Assembly: GCF_006345805.1 (NCBI RefSeq)
Contig: NW_021833160.1
Coordinates: 1 to 29,172, forward strand
Length of the DNA: 29,172 nucleotides
Direction of reading: 5' to 3'
DNA from: Octopus sinensis
Lineage: Eukaryota
The notes under the pieces were generated by a model that did no database searches, was not told the origin of the DNA, and saw only the letters and a program-made list of their open reading frames with translations. Below are positions 10,082 to 21,892 of this stretch, piece after piece; the first letter of the stretch is position 1, and each line of letters starts with the position of its first letter. Both the position numbers and the translations under genes were made by a program.

Positions 10082-10343
10082 GGTACTATTTAAGAAGAGC
10101 GGTCCCGTTGCGCGCGCTCGCGCATCCGCGCTGGCTAGTCGTGACTAGTCGATCCTACGACTATCTCGCAAAGTAAATAAATTTTTTAAAAACAAAATAT
10201 ATAAAACACAAAAACACAAAGTAAATAATGTTTTAAACAAAGTAAATAAAACACAAAAACACAAAGTAAGGATCGACTAGTCACGACTAGCTGGCGTGGA
10301 TGCTCGGGTGCGCGCACCGGGACCACTCTTCTTAAATAGTACC
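10082..10343. mobile_element. MITE-like element with 75-bp terminal inverted repeats
   Basis: 10082-10156 versus the reverse complement of 10269-10343: 67 of 75 identical (GGTACTATTTAAGAAGAG...CTAGTCGTGACTAGTCGATCCT); A-rich 112-bp centre; no TSD seen. Confidence 0.8.
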
Positions 10344-10344
10344 C

Positions 10345-11085
10345 ATGATTTTTAAATTGTTTGCAATACTCATCAAATTTTTTGAAATTCGAAAGTTCCA
10401 TGAATTTAAACTCTTCTAAGGATGAATATCGTGCTTTTATTTGGGCAACTATTGTACTGATAATTTTGTTATAAAGCATTTTATAATGTCGTTGGGGCTC
10501 AATAGATATATTCTTGGATCTCTGAATTCCGATTCCTGCATCGACTCCATATTTTCCCCCTAACATATAAAAGATTGAAAAATTATCAAGTTTGTTTTCG
10601 AGTACAGTTCTAGTTTTATCTATTTGCTCTTTACAATACACTATGTCATGACTTTTACTCTGGAGGATGTTAAATAAGAGGATGTAAAAGAAAAAATCTC
10701 ACTGAATACTTCTAACAAAAATAAGAAATCAGGAGCTTTTAAAGTGTGTAAGAATCCAATTGCTGAATTTATGGTGGTATCATCCCATGCTTCAGGATTT
10801 TCAATGATGTGCTCAAAAAAGCTGATTATGAAATTATAATTTTCCTTTGTGGTAATAATAAGCCGTGAAGAGTAATTCCATTGCTGTTGCCTTCGGAAAT
10901 ATTTTTTTTAACAATGTTATCTAATGCATTAACCCTTTTCGGTGATTTCGTAAAAAATGTATACAGTCCGTTTATTGTACAAAAAAATATCTTGCATTCT
11001 TTCATAGCAGAGCAGGATTGTGAAAGAACTAAATTTAGGATATGGGTACAACAATGAATAAAGATCGCACATTCATATTTCATAT
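10345..11085 (-). pseudogene. hAT (ZMYM1-like) transposase fragment, frameshifted
   Basis: [18 protein letters not shown] (CxxH-LNL motif), WNYSSRL (TRW-equivalent region), FFEHIIENPEAWDD, FNILQSKSHDIVYC, YNKIISTIVAQIKARYSSLEEFKFMEL; joins ORFs 10826-11212 and 10186-10641 across frameshifts. Confidence 0.85.
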
Positions 11086-11286
11086 ATATATATATATATG
11101 TATGTATTATATATGCATGTATACACATGTATATGTAGATATATACTAGTATATGTAGATATATGTATGTGTGTATATGTATATATGTATGTGTGTATAT
11201 ATATATATACATATATATGTGTATTTATATTATATATATATATATTATATATATGGTATTTATATATATATATATATATATATGTG

Positions 11287-11317
<31 letters not shown>
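11086..11317. repeat. (TA)n-rich microsatellite
   Basis: Directly visible. Confidence 0.95.
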
Positions 11318-11570
11318 GTAGGGAGAATTCACAAAAATAAACAAAAGACAGGTGGTCTAGACAACAAAGAGAAGTATTAGTTTAACGCTCAGGAAGTGAA
11401 GAAATCTTTAACGTTTCGAGCCTACGCTCTTCCACAGAAAGGAACACAGAAAGAAACAAGGAGAGAAAATAAGGAATGAGTAGTGGGTAGCGATCTATCA
11501 TGGTGAATGCTGGACAGAAGGGTCACACAGGAGATCTAGGGAGAAGGGGAGATAATAAAGTAGTAATGAT
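11318..11570 (-). mobile_element. Short Penelope-like-derived element with a minimal hammerhead-like motif, between (TA)n tracts
   Basis: Motif at 11406-11441; (TA)n on both sides; downstream sequence resembles the elements at 11594-11870 and 21690-21845. Confidence 0.55.
11406..11441 (-). ncRNA. Minimal hammerhead-like motif with A6U core variant
   Basis: CTTT-CTGTGGA-A-GAGC-GTAG-GCTC-GAAA-CG-T-T-AAAG: stems I and II fully paired, palindromic ACGT stem III. Confidence 0.55.
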
Positions 11571-11593
11571 ATATATATATACATATATATATA

Positions 11594-11870
11594 CAATCAA
11601 TCCAAACACGAACAAGAAAGAAAAAACAACAACGTGAGGACGTGGAACAAGTACAGTGTTATTGGATGCTCAGGAAAGGAAAGAAAAGAAAGAGGATTTC
11701 GCGTTTCGAACGGAGCTCTTCATCAGAAATATAGAAAAAGTCCAAAGAAGGGAAGACGGAGAAAGAAAATCGCCAACGATACACACGCGATCACATATTA
11801 AAATGACTAGAAGGGAATGGGTGAAGAAAAAGTTCTAAGACAGGAGAGTGCAAGAGAAGGAGGTATGAGT
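11594..11870 (-). mobile_element. Second related short element with a hammerhead-like motif
   Basis: Motif at 11696-11730; shares TTCCTGAGCRT downstream with the neighbouring element; flanked by (TA)n and (TG)n. Confidence 0.5.
11696..11730 (-). ncRNA. Minimal hammerhead-like motif with canonical CUGAUGA but a non-cleavable-looking site
   Basis: ATTT-CTGATGA-A-GAGC-TCC-GTTC-GAAA-CG-C-G-AAAT: position 16.1 is C and position 17 is G. Confidence 0.5.
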
Positions 11871-11927
11871 GTGTATGTGTGAGTATGTCTGTGCGTGCAG
11901 TCCTGTGTGTGTGTGCGTAATGATTGC

Positions 11928-11966
<39 letters not shown>

Positions 11967-12860
11967 GTTGTGGCTGTTTATGTATGCGTGTGGTTGGACT
12001 TAGTGTCGCCTAAGGTCAGAGGAAGAATTTATAGTAAGAATTTTGGTAGGAGTTTCTGTCTGTTGTGTGTCTCCCTAAACATGTATGTAGGAGAATGGTC
12101 AGTAGAGAGGTATTTAACTGGTAGTTTAAAGTATGTGTGTGTACGTGTATGTATATGTAGTGAGTGTGTATGTGTTTTGTTTGCAGTGCGTGTGTGTTTT
12201 GTTTGCATTGTGTGTGTGTGTATGTGTGTGTACTTGTGGGTATGTGTGTACGCGTGAGGTTGTGTGTAGGGTTGTGTCTGTGGAGTAAATGTACGTTACT
12301 CTGTGTGTGTGTGTGTCCATGTATGCATGAGTGTGTTTTGTGTGTGTATGGAAGGTATGCGTGAGTTCATTTGCGTGTGCGTGTGTGTATATATGTGTGT
12401 GCGTGTGAGTGTATGTGCGTGTGCATGTGCGTGTAGTTGTGTGTGCGTGTGTATATGTATGCGTGTGTGTGTATGCGGGTGTGTATACGTGCATGCGTGG
12501 GATTGTAAATGTTAGGTATGTGTGCAATCGTGTGCGTATGTGCCCGTCAGTGTTTGTGTGCGCATGTGTGTGTGTGCTTACGTGCGTGCGCTTATGTGCG
12601 TGTGTGTATATGCCCATGTGTGTGTTGTGTGTGTGTTGGAGGTATGTGTGCGTACATGTGCGAGTGTGTATGTATGAGTATTCATGTGTATATATATATA
12701 TACATATGTATTTATGTAATCGTATACATGTAAATGAATCCATATACATATATATCTATACTAACATATATATATGTATGTATGTACACATACGCATACG
12801 TACTCACACACGCACCGGCACACACAGCATGCGCGCGCGCGAGAGCGTGTGCGTGTGTGA
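11870..12860. repeat. Degenerate (TG)n/(TA)n low-complexity tract, about 1 kb
   Basis: Directly visible; source of the CV and HT pseudo-ORFs. Confidence 0.9.
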
Positions 12861-12909
12861 GAAATTTCGTGGAACGCAGCATGTGTTACGCTCCTTAACA
12901 AGTCAGCAT

Positions 12910-12936
12910 GATGGTGGTGGTGATGATGAAGATAAC

Positions 12937-13012
<76 letters not shown>

Positions 13013-13015
13013 GTG
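12910..13015. repeat. (GAT)n microsatellite
   Basis: Directly visible. Confidence 0.97.
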
Positions 13016-13228
13016 ATTTGATTTTAATTGCCATCAGGAACATGGATGGATGGATGGTGGTGACGGGGGCAGCAAGGGAATAAAGTAGAGGTGCTTACAT
13101 AGAAAATAGAAAACGAAAGGTAAAATACGAAATACTATGCAAATAAAGATTAATGAGGAAGCAGTCCTATCCAAAGGGGAAGACGTTTATATAAGGACCA
13201 ACCATTGGAGGAACCTAACAGAGCCATA

Positions 13229-14250
<1,022 letters not shown>

Positions 14251-14418
14251 TCTTGTACACCAAGGATAAGTACTCTCTTTCTTTCTCTCTGGTTTTCATT
14301 CTCTCTTTCTAACTACAGTTCTACGACTTGCAGACGTCTACTTGCAATTGTTCCATTCACTCCTGCGATTGTGGCACCTTTGATTTACCTCTCCATAAAT
14401 TCACTTGAAGACATAAAA

Positions 14419-14518
14419 CCACCACCACCACCACCACCACCACCACCACCACCACCACCACCACCACCACCACCATCATCAACAACAACAACAACAACAA
14501 CAACAACAAAAACAACAA
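14419..14518. repeat. (CAC)n-(CAA)n triplet repeat
   Basis: Directly visible. Confidence 0.95.
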
Positions 14519-14532
14519 TCCTTTCTTACAGT

Positions 14533-14703
14533 GGTAAAAGGCCTGCGATTTTGAGGAGTGGGAAAATCTGGTACTTATTTCATCGATCCTAAAAAGGATG
14601 AAAGGCAAAGTCAACTTCAGCGGAATTTGAACTCTGAACCTAAAGACAATTGCAATGACGCTAAACATTTTTCAAGTGTGCTAACGCTTCCCCCAGCTGC
14701 TGC
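14533..14703 (-). mobile_element. Family A SINE, degenerate, type-2 tail
   Basis: GGATGAAAGGCAAAGTCAACTTCAGCGGAATTTGAACTC core; the head end abuts (AAT)n. Confidence 0.85.
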
Positions 14704-14709
14704 TGCTGC

Positions 14710-14944
<235 letters not shown>

Positions 14945-14946
14945 TA

Positions 14947-15156
14947 GGCGGCGAACTGGCAGAATCGTCAGCACGTGGGACAAAATGTTTAGCGGTATTT
15001 CGCCCATCAGGACGTTCTGAGTTCAAATTCCACCGAGGTCGACTTTGCCTTTCATCCTTTCGGAGTCGATTAAATGAGTACCAGTTACGCACTAGGGTCA
15101 ATGTAATCGACTCAATCCCTTCCCCGAAATTTGAGGCTTTGAGCTTCAATTTGAAA
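14947..15156 (+). mobile_element. Family A SINE, full length, type-2 tail, within (TTA)n
   Basis: GGCGGCGAACTGGCAGAATCG head; GTTCAAATTCC B box; tail CCCTTCCCCGAAATTTGAGGC...TTTGAAA. Confidence 0.9.
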
Positions 15157-15199
15157 GGATTATTATTATTATTATTAAGGTACAATACAGTCCACCAAC

Positions 15200-15505
15200 T
15201 GGGCTTCTATGCAGTTTCCGTATATCTAAATACTCTCACAAGACTTAGATCGATCCGCGACTAAAGTAAAAGATATTTCATTAAAATGTTACGCAAAAGG
15301 ATCGAACACAAAATCTCAGAATTTCGAAGCGAACATCTTAACCACTCAGCCATACATATATCGTATTAACATATCATATATGCTGAGAAAAACGCGGCAA
15401 GCTAATATTTTAAAATAAAGGTGGTAAGAACCATAGGGTTCCAGGTTCGGTCCCACTGTGTGGCACCTTGGGCAAGTATCTTCTAAAATAAGTGGATTTG
15501 GTAGA
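15200..15505. mobile_element. Two degenerate CORE-like SINE head fragments (minus 15200-15352, plus 15421-15505)
   Basis: GGTCCCACTGTGTGGCACCTTGGGCAAG on plus; GGCTTCTATGCAGTTTCCGT...TTAACCACTCAGCCAT on minus. Confidence 0.65.
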
Positions 15506-15587
15506 TGTTCCTCTTTTCGGCTGACCGTTGAGTCGATGAGAAGCGTTTCTTTCGTCTCTACGTTTGAATGCAGTTTGTTATTTTCAC

Positions 15588-15991
15588 CTCTCTTTACTCT
15601 TTACTCTTTTACATGTTTCAGTCATTTGACTGCGGCCATGCTGGAGCACCGCCTTTAGTCGAGCAACTCGACCCCGGGACTTATTCTTTTGTAAGCCCAG
15701 TACTTATTCTATCGGTGTCTTTTGCCGAACCGCTAAGTGACGGGGACATAAACACACCAGCATCGGTTGTCAAGCAATGCTAGAGGGACAAACACAGACA
15801 CACAAACACACACACATACATATATGTATACATATATACGACAGGCTTCTTTCAGTTTCCGTCTACCAAATCCACTCACAAGGCATTGGGCTATAGCAGA
15901 AGACACTTGTCCAAGATGCCACGCAGTGGGACTGAACCCGGGACCATGTGGTTGGTTAGCAAGCTACTTACCACACAGCCACTCATGCGCC
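15588..15991 (-). mobile_element. Full-length CORE-like tRNA SINE with internal (CA/TA) microsatellite and (AAAGAGT)n tail
   Basis: Minus strand head GGCGCATGAGTGGCTGTGTGGTAAG; B box GGTTCAGTCCC; GGCATCTTGGACAAGTGTCTT resembles the CORE motif GTGACCTTGGGCAAGT; tandem tail at 15588-15610. Confidence 0.9.
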
Positions 15992-16432
15992 TTCGTTTTA
16001 CCTTTTTTTCTTTTCGTGTCTAGTCTTATAAAACATTTCTTTTGCGTTATCCATACATTTGTCTCGTCTTATTTTATTTTATTTTATTTCGTTTGTATAT
16101 TCACGGTTTGTCGCATTTATTTACGTCACCTGTCCCCAACGTTCGTTTGCTATTTGCACACACACACACACAGAGGCACGCACAGGCACACACACACAAA
16201 CGTGCGCGGGTATACACATACCTACAAACGCAACACAGACATACAGGTATGTTAAAATTTCCACGTACATACATACATACTGACGCCACCAAAAGTGAAC
16301 AATATTATCGTTAAAGGCGTGAAATTGTAAATACCTTTAGGACGATGACTGACGAGGAAGTAGCAAGTTCTCATCTTGTGTGTGAATTTTTCACTTGTTC
16401 CTTGTTGCGTTATATATATATATATATATATA

Positions 16433-16466
<34 letters not shown>

Positions 16467-16489
16467 CGTGTCTGTGTCTGTATATATTT

Positions 16490-16720
16490 GTTTCTGTGTT
16501 TGTGCTAGTGTTAGTCCCTCACCATTGCTTGACACACACTGCTTGACAACTAGTTTACTTTTCGGCAACTTAGCGGTTCAGAATAGCAAAATGATACAAA
16601 AATTAATAGGCTTACAAGAATAAGTACTGTGGTCGATTAGTTCAAATAAAATCCTTCAAGGTGGTGCCCCAGTGTAGCCATAGTCTCATAAACGAAATAA
16701 GTAAAAGATAAAAGAGAAAC
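16490..16720 (+). mobile_element. CORE-like SINE 3' body, degenerate
   Basis: CAACTTAGCGGTTC, AGGCTTACAAGAATAAG and AAGGTGGTGCCCCAG blocks; tail AAAAGATAAAAGAG. Confidence 0.7.
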
Positions 16721-17039
16721 TGTAAAATATTTGATTCAAGATATAAACTAGAGTTTGACAGAATTACTACGTCTATAAATTCTGTTTTGTCAACCTTGTT
16801 AGTGGGACAGTTTGAATCCCCACGGGTTCGGGTTTAATTCTATGAGCTGTGCTTCACACGACAGGAGACCATAAGACATAAAATGTGGCTTAGAGTATCG
16901 AAATTTGCTTATTTGGGAAGTATAAAAAGACAAATTTCAAAACACAAAAATATTTCACACCTTAGAAAATATATGTCAAAATGGTTATTTCTTGTCGAGA
17001 AAGAAATGTTTCTGAAACCCGCGTACGCATATACACGCG

Positions 17040-17051
17040 CGCACACGCACA

Positions 17052-17093
<42 letters not shown>

Positions 17094-17224
17094 CAGACAC
17101 ACACGCACGCACGCACAGACACACACACATACACAAACGTGCGCGGGCATACACATGCTCAGAAACAACACAGACATACAGGTATGTCAAAATTCCCACG
17201 TACAAACATACATACATACACACA

Positions 17225-17260
<36 letters not shown>

Positions 17261-17456
17261 TGTATGTATATATATGTCCATATCTATACATCTGTATATA
17301 CATGTATGTATATATATATGTATATATATATGTATTTATGTATATATGTAGTATATATATATACATATATATATGTATATATATATATATAATATATATA
17401 TATATATGTATATATATATAAATTATATAATATATATACATATATACATATATATA

Positions 17457-17513
<57 letters not shown>

Positions 17514-17515
17514 TT
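17040..17515. repeat. Compound (CA)n/(TATG)n/(TA)n microsatellite
   Basis: Directly visible. Confidence 0.95.
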
Positions 17516-17900
17516 GTGTTTATAAGTAAGACATGTTTGCGCTCGTGTGTTTGTGTGTAGTTCAACTTTTGACACCTTCATTGTTGACGTCCAATTTTAT
17601 TTCGAATCTATTAAATACTACAGAAGTGTTACCCCGACTAGCAATGTTTATCAGTTAAATGGTGTTATACCTAATTACACCGAGGTGTGGGTTTGAGTTT
17701 TATTTTATTACGCTTACGCATTTTATTGTCTCTTACCTTGGCGTTGTATATTTGCATAAAAAAGAGAACAACAAAAACATCTGAAATATAGTGAAAAATT
17801 AAGTGCCAAGAAATATATTTACAGTTCAAATCCAAGTTCCTTTACAACTAAGCTGCAATGAAATATTAACGTAATTCTTGAGAATATAGTGTGTAACGAA

Positions 17901-18195
17901 GACGGCGAGCTGGCAGAAATGTAAGCACGCCGGGCGAAATGCTTAGCGGTATTTCCTCTGCCGTTACGTTCTGAGTTCAAATTCCGCCGAGGTCGACTTT
18001 GCCTTTCATCCTTTCGGAGTCGATAAGTTAAGTACCAGTTACGCACTGGGGTCGATGTAATCGTCTTAATCCGTTTGTCTGTCCTTGTTTGTCCCGTGTA
18101 TGTTTAGCCCCCTGTGGGCAATAAAAGAAAGAAGAAACGTTAGCACGCCGGTATTAGCGGTATTTTGTCTGTCTTTATGTTCTCAGTCCAAATTT
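17901..18195 (+). mobile_element. Family A SINE (type-1 CAAT tail) followed by a second, older partial head
   Basis: Full unit at 17901-18132; the 19-bp head segment at 17915-17933 is repeated at 18133-18151 (17 of 19 match). Confidence 0.9.
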
Positions 18196-18352
18196 TTATA
18201 ACACCAGCCCAGATACATCTTGATCAAACCTAGTATAAGGCTTTTGTCAGCCTCGCGTTACCGTGAAAAGCACTTGCCCCAGGTAGCAGTGAGCCAAGAC
18301 CATGCGGTTAGGAAACAAATTTTTCATTCACACGGTTACATCTGTACATACC

Positions 18353-18584
18353 TATTTCTTTACTACCCACAAGGGGCTAAACACAGAGGGGACAAATAAG
18401 GACAGACAAACGGATTAAGTCGATTACATCGACCCCAGTGCGTAACTGGTACTTAATTTATCGACCCCGAAAGGATGAAAGGCAAAGTCGACCTCGGAGG
18501 AATTTGAACTCAGAACATAATGGCAGACGAAATACGGCTACGCATTTCGCCCAGTGTGCTGACGTTTCTGCCAGCTCGCCACCT
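18353..18584 (-). mobile_element. Family A SINE monomer (type-1 TAGT tail) with 12-bp TSD
   Basis: TCTGTACATACC at 18341-18352 and TCTGTGCATACC at 18585-18596; sits next to a decayed CORE-like head at about 18200-18340. Confidence 0.9.
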
Positions 18585-18632
18585 TCTGTGCATACCGCCT
18601 CACCTGCACCTGCACATATAGCCGCACCTGCT

Positions 18633-20585
18633 ATTCTATATTCCGTCTATTCTATATTCCATGTATTTCATTCTATATTCCGTGTATTCTATATTCCATG
18701 TATTTCATTCTATATTCCGTGTATTCTATATTCCATACATTTCATTCTATATTCCGTCTATTCTATATTCCATGTATTTCATTCTATATTCCGTGTATTC
18801 TATATTCCATACATTTCATTCTATATTCCGTCTATTCTATATTCCAGTATTTCATTCTATATTCCGTGTATTCTATATTCCATACATTTCATTCTATATT
18901 CCGTCTATTCTATATTCCATGTATTTCATTCTATATTCCGTGTATTCTATATTCCATACATTTCATTCTATATTCCGTCTATTCTATATTCCATGTATTT
19001 CATTCTATATTCCGTGTATTCTATATTCCATACATTTCATTCTATATTCCGTCTATTCTATATTCCATACATTTCATTCTATATTCCGTCTATTCTATAT
19101 TCCATGTATTTCATTCTATATTCCGTGTATTCTATATTCCATGTATTTCATTCTATATTCCGTGTATTCTATATTCCATACATTTCATTCTATATTCCGT
19201 GTATTCTATATTCCATGTATTTCATTCTATATTCCGTGTATTCTATATTCCATACATTTCATTCTATATTCCGTCTATTCTATATTCCATACATTTCATT
19301 CTATATTCCGTCTATTCTATATTCCATGTATTTCATTCTATATTCCGTGTATTCTATATTCCATGTATTTCATTCTATATTCCGTGTATTCTATATTCCA
19401 TACATTTCATTCTATATTCCGTGTATTCTATATTCCATGTATTTCATTCTATATTCGTGTATTCTATATTCCATATATTTTCATTCTATATTCCGTGTAT
19501 TCTATATTCCATGTATTTCATTCTATATTCCGTGTATTCTATATTCCATGTATTTCATTCTATATTCCGTGTATTCTATATTCCATATATTTCATTCTAT
19601 ATTCCGTGTATTCTATATTCCATGTATTTCATTCTATATTCCGTGTATTCTATATTCCATACATTTCATTCTATATTCCGTCTATTCTATATTCCATACA
19701 TTTCATTCTATATTCCGTGTATTCTATATTCCATGTATTTCATTCTATATTCCGTGTATTCTATATTCCATGTATTTCATTCTATATTCCGTCTATTCTA
19801 TATTCCATACATTTCATTCTATATTCCGTGTATTCTATATTCCATGTATTTCATTCTATATTCCGTGTATTCTATATTCCATGTATTTCATTCTATATTC
19901 CGTGTATTCTATATTCCATACATTTCATTCTATATTCCGTGTATTCTATATTCCGTGTATTCTATATTCCATGTATTTCATTCTATATTCCGTGTATTCT
20001 ATTCCATACATTTCATTCTATATTCCGTCTATTCTATATTCCATACATTTCATTCTATATTCCGTGTATTCTATATTCCATGTATTTCATTTTTATATTC
20101 CGTGTATTCTATATTCCATGTATTTCATTCTATATTCCGTCTATTCTATATTCCATACATTCATTCTATATTCCGTGTATTCTATATTCCATGTATTTCA
20201 TTCTATATTCCGTGTATTCTATATTCCATGTATTTCATTCTATATTCCGTGTATTCTATATTCCATACATTTCATTCTATATTCCGTGTATTCTATATTC
20301 CATACATTTCATTCTATATTCCGTGTATTCTATATTCCATACATTTCATTCTATATTCCGTGTATTCTATATTCCATACATTTCATTCTATATTCCGTGT
20401 ATTCTATATTCCATGTATTTCATTCTATATTCCGTGTATTCTATATTCCATGTATTTCATTCTATATTCCGTGTATTCTATATTCCATGTATTTCATTCT
20501 ATATTCCGTGTATTCTATATTCCATATAGTTCATTCTATATTCCGTGTATTCTATATTCCATGTATTTCATTCTATATTCCGTGT
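18633..20585. repeat. 37-bp minisatellite, about 53 copies, built from 16-bp and 21-bp subunits
   Basis: Unit ATTCTATATTCCGTGT + ATTCTATATTCCATGTATTTC; the ORF translations repeat every 37 aa, as expected for a 37-nt unit read through three frames. Confidence 0.98.
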
Positions 20586-20864
20586 GTTCTTAAATATCTG
20601 TCCCGAACTCTTTCTTTCTTTAACTGACAAATTTCGAAATTTACTGATTACACTGAGTAACAAAATTTTAAGTTTCTTGTCTTTGGTTAGTAAGTGTTAT
20701 TTCCTATTTGCTTCCATCTAAAAATCAAAGGAACTGAATACTACTTCCTTCACCACACTTTGCCTTTATCACCTGGGCATTAATGTTTTGAAACTGACCT
20801 GTTTTCCATTACATTTCAGACAAGTTCAGTGCTGAGTTGCTGAAGCAGAAATATCGTTATAGCA

Positions 20865-21428
20865 AATTTTGACTGAAGAGACACAAAATGGGGTGGAAAT
20901 CCTGTGGTGTCTCAAAGTCCTCTTACACCGGTAAATAGCTTGCTCTGTGAATACACACCGTGCAAAAGGAGGAAGTTGTCTCTGATTATAAAACCCAGTA
21001 GCGATCAGATGTTCATATTCACTTGATAACCTCATATTTGCTTGTCAGTTGCTTGACCATAACCACTTGAGCATGTCGCTTAGTGGCTGACAATATGCGC
21101 ATCTCCGATCATGTGCGTGGGTAGTGGGGAGCATCGTAGCCACATGTTGAGAGGGATTCTTTGGGGGTTTGAAGGAAATATTAGCCATTTTCATACCTTC
21201 TAGGGATAAGCAAATAGAAAATAACAGTTGCTACGCATGGACAAAAATCGTATTCATACAGTGTTATCAAATGAATATGAACATCTGATCGCTACTGGGT
21301 TTGATAATCAGAGACAACTTCCTCCTTTTGCACGGTGTGTATTCATAGAGCAAGCTATTTACCGGTGTAAGAGGACTTTGAGACACCACAGGATTTCCAC
21401 CCCATTTTGTGTCTCTTCAGTCAAAATT
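20865..21428. repeat. 166-bp inverted duplication (arms 20865-21030 and 21263-21428, 232-bp spacer)
   Basis: 163 of 166 identical with no indels; it also shows as the same peptide in ORFs 20826-21035 (minus) and 21228-21446 (plus). Confidence 0.95.
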
Positions 21429-21624
21429 ATCCCGCTGAACCGATGAATCCCACAAGAGCACGGGTCGTTTGTTCATAGAAAGTAGTAGATAAATTATTTA
21501 CTGATGCGTGATGATGTCTGCAAAACATAATAATACACGGGGTGTATGCAGAACAGCCAAAAAATCCCCAACAGCATATACGTATAAACGTGTGCGTGTG
21601 TATAAGTGTGTGCATGCGTTTGTA

Positions 21625-21655
<31 letters not shown>

Positions 21656-21689
21656 GTACGCGTGCGTAATAGGTAGTTAAGCAATGAGC

Positions 21690-21843
21690 AAAAAAAGACA
21701 AGTTTTAACAAAAGTTTTTAGTTAACCGCTTCAAAGGAGAGGAGAAATCCCTAACGTTTTGGCCGTTACTCTTCATCAAAGGTAACAGAAAGCGGAAAAT
21801 ATACACAAGGAGGGGAGGTGCTGAGGAATAAAGAATAAAAGGG

Positions 21844-21845
<2 letters not shown>
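21690..21845 (-). mobile_element. Third short microsatellite-flanked element with a decayed hammerhead-like motif
   Basis: CCT-TTGATGA-A-GAGTAACGGCC-AAAA-CG-TT-AGG at 21782-21750; downstream GATTTCT...GCGGTTAACTAA resembles the 11318-11570 element. Confidence 0.4.

Positions 21846-21892
<47 letters not shown>

Larger units (their letters stand above)
9900..11085 (-). mobile_element. Decayed, 5'-truncated hAT-superfamily element with a candidate terminus near 9900
   Basis: Transposase remnant at 10345-11085; CAAGTGGCGTGCGG at 9900 resembles CAGTGGCG-type hAT TIRs (inference; no partner TIR seen). Confidence 0.6.

Noticed and set aside
16349-16380. CTGACGA hammerhead half-core upstream of (TA)n
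   Set aside because: No GAAA and no convincing stems.
18633-20585. CRISPR-like regular array
   Set aside because: No unique spacers; units are near-identical; eukaryotic context with no cas genes.
18438-20627. ORFs of 729, 622 and 631 aa
   Set aside because: They are three frames of the 37-bp minisatellite, whose plus strand almost lacks stop triplets; the first one starts in a SINE.
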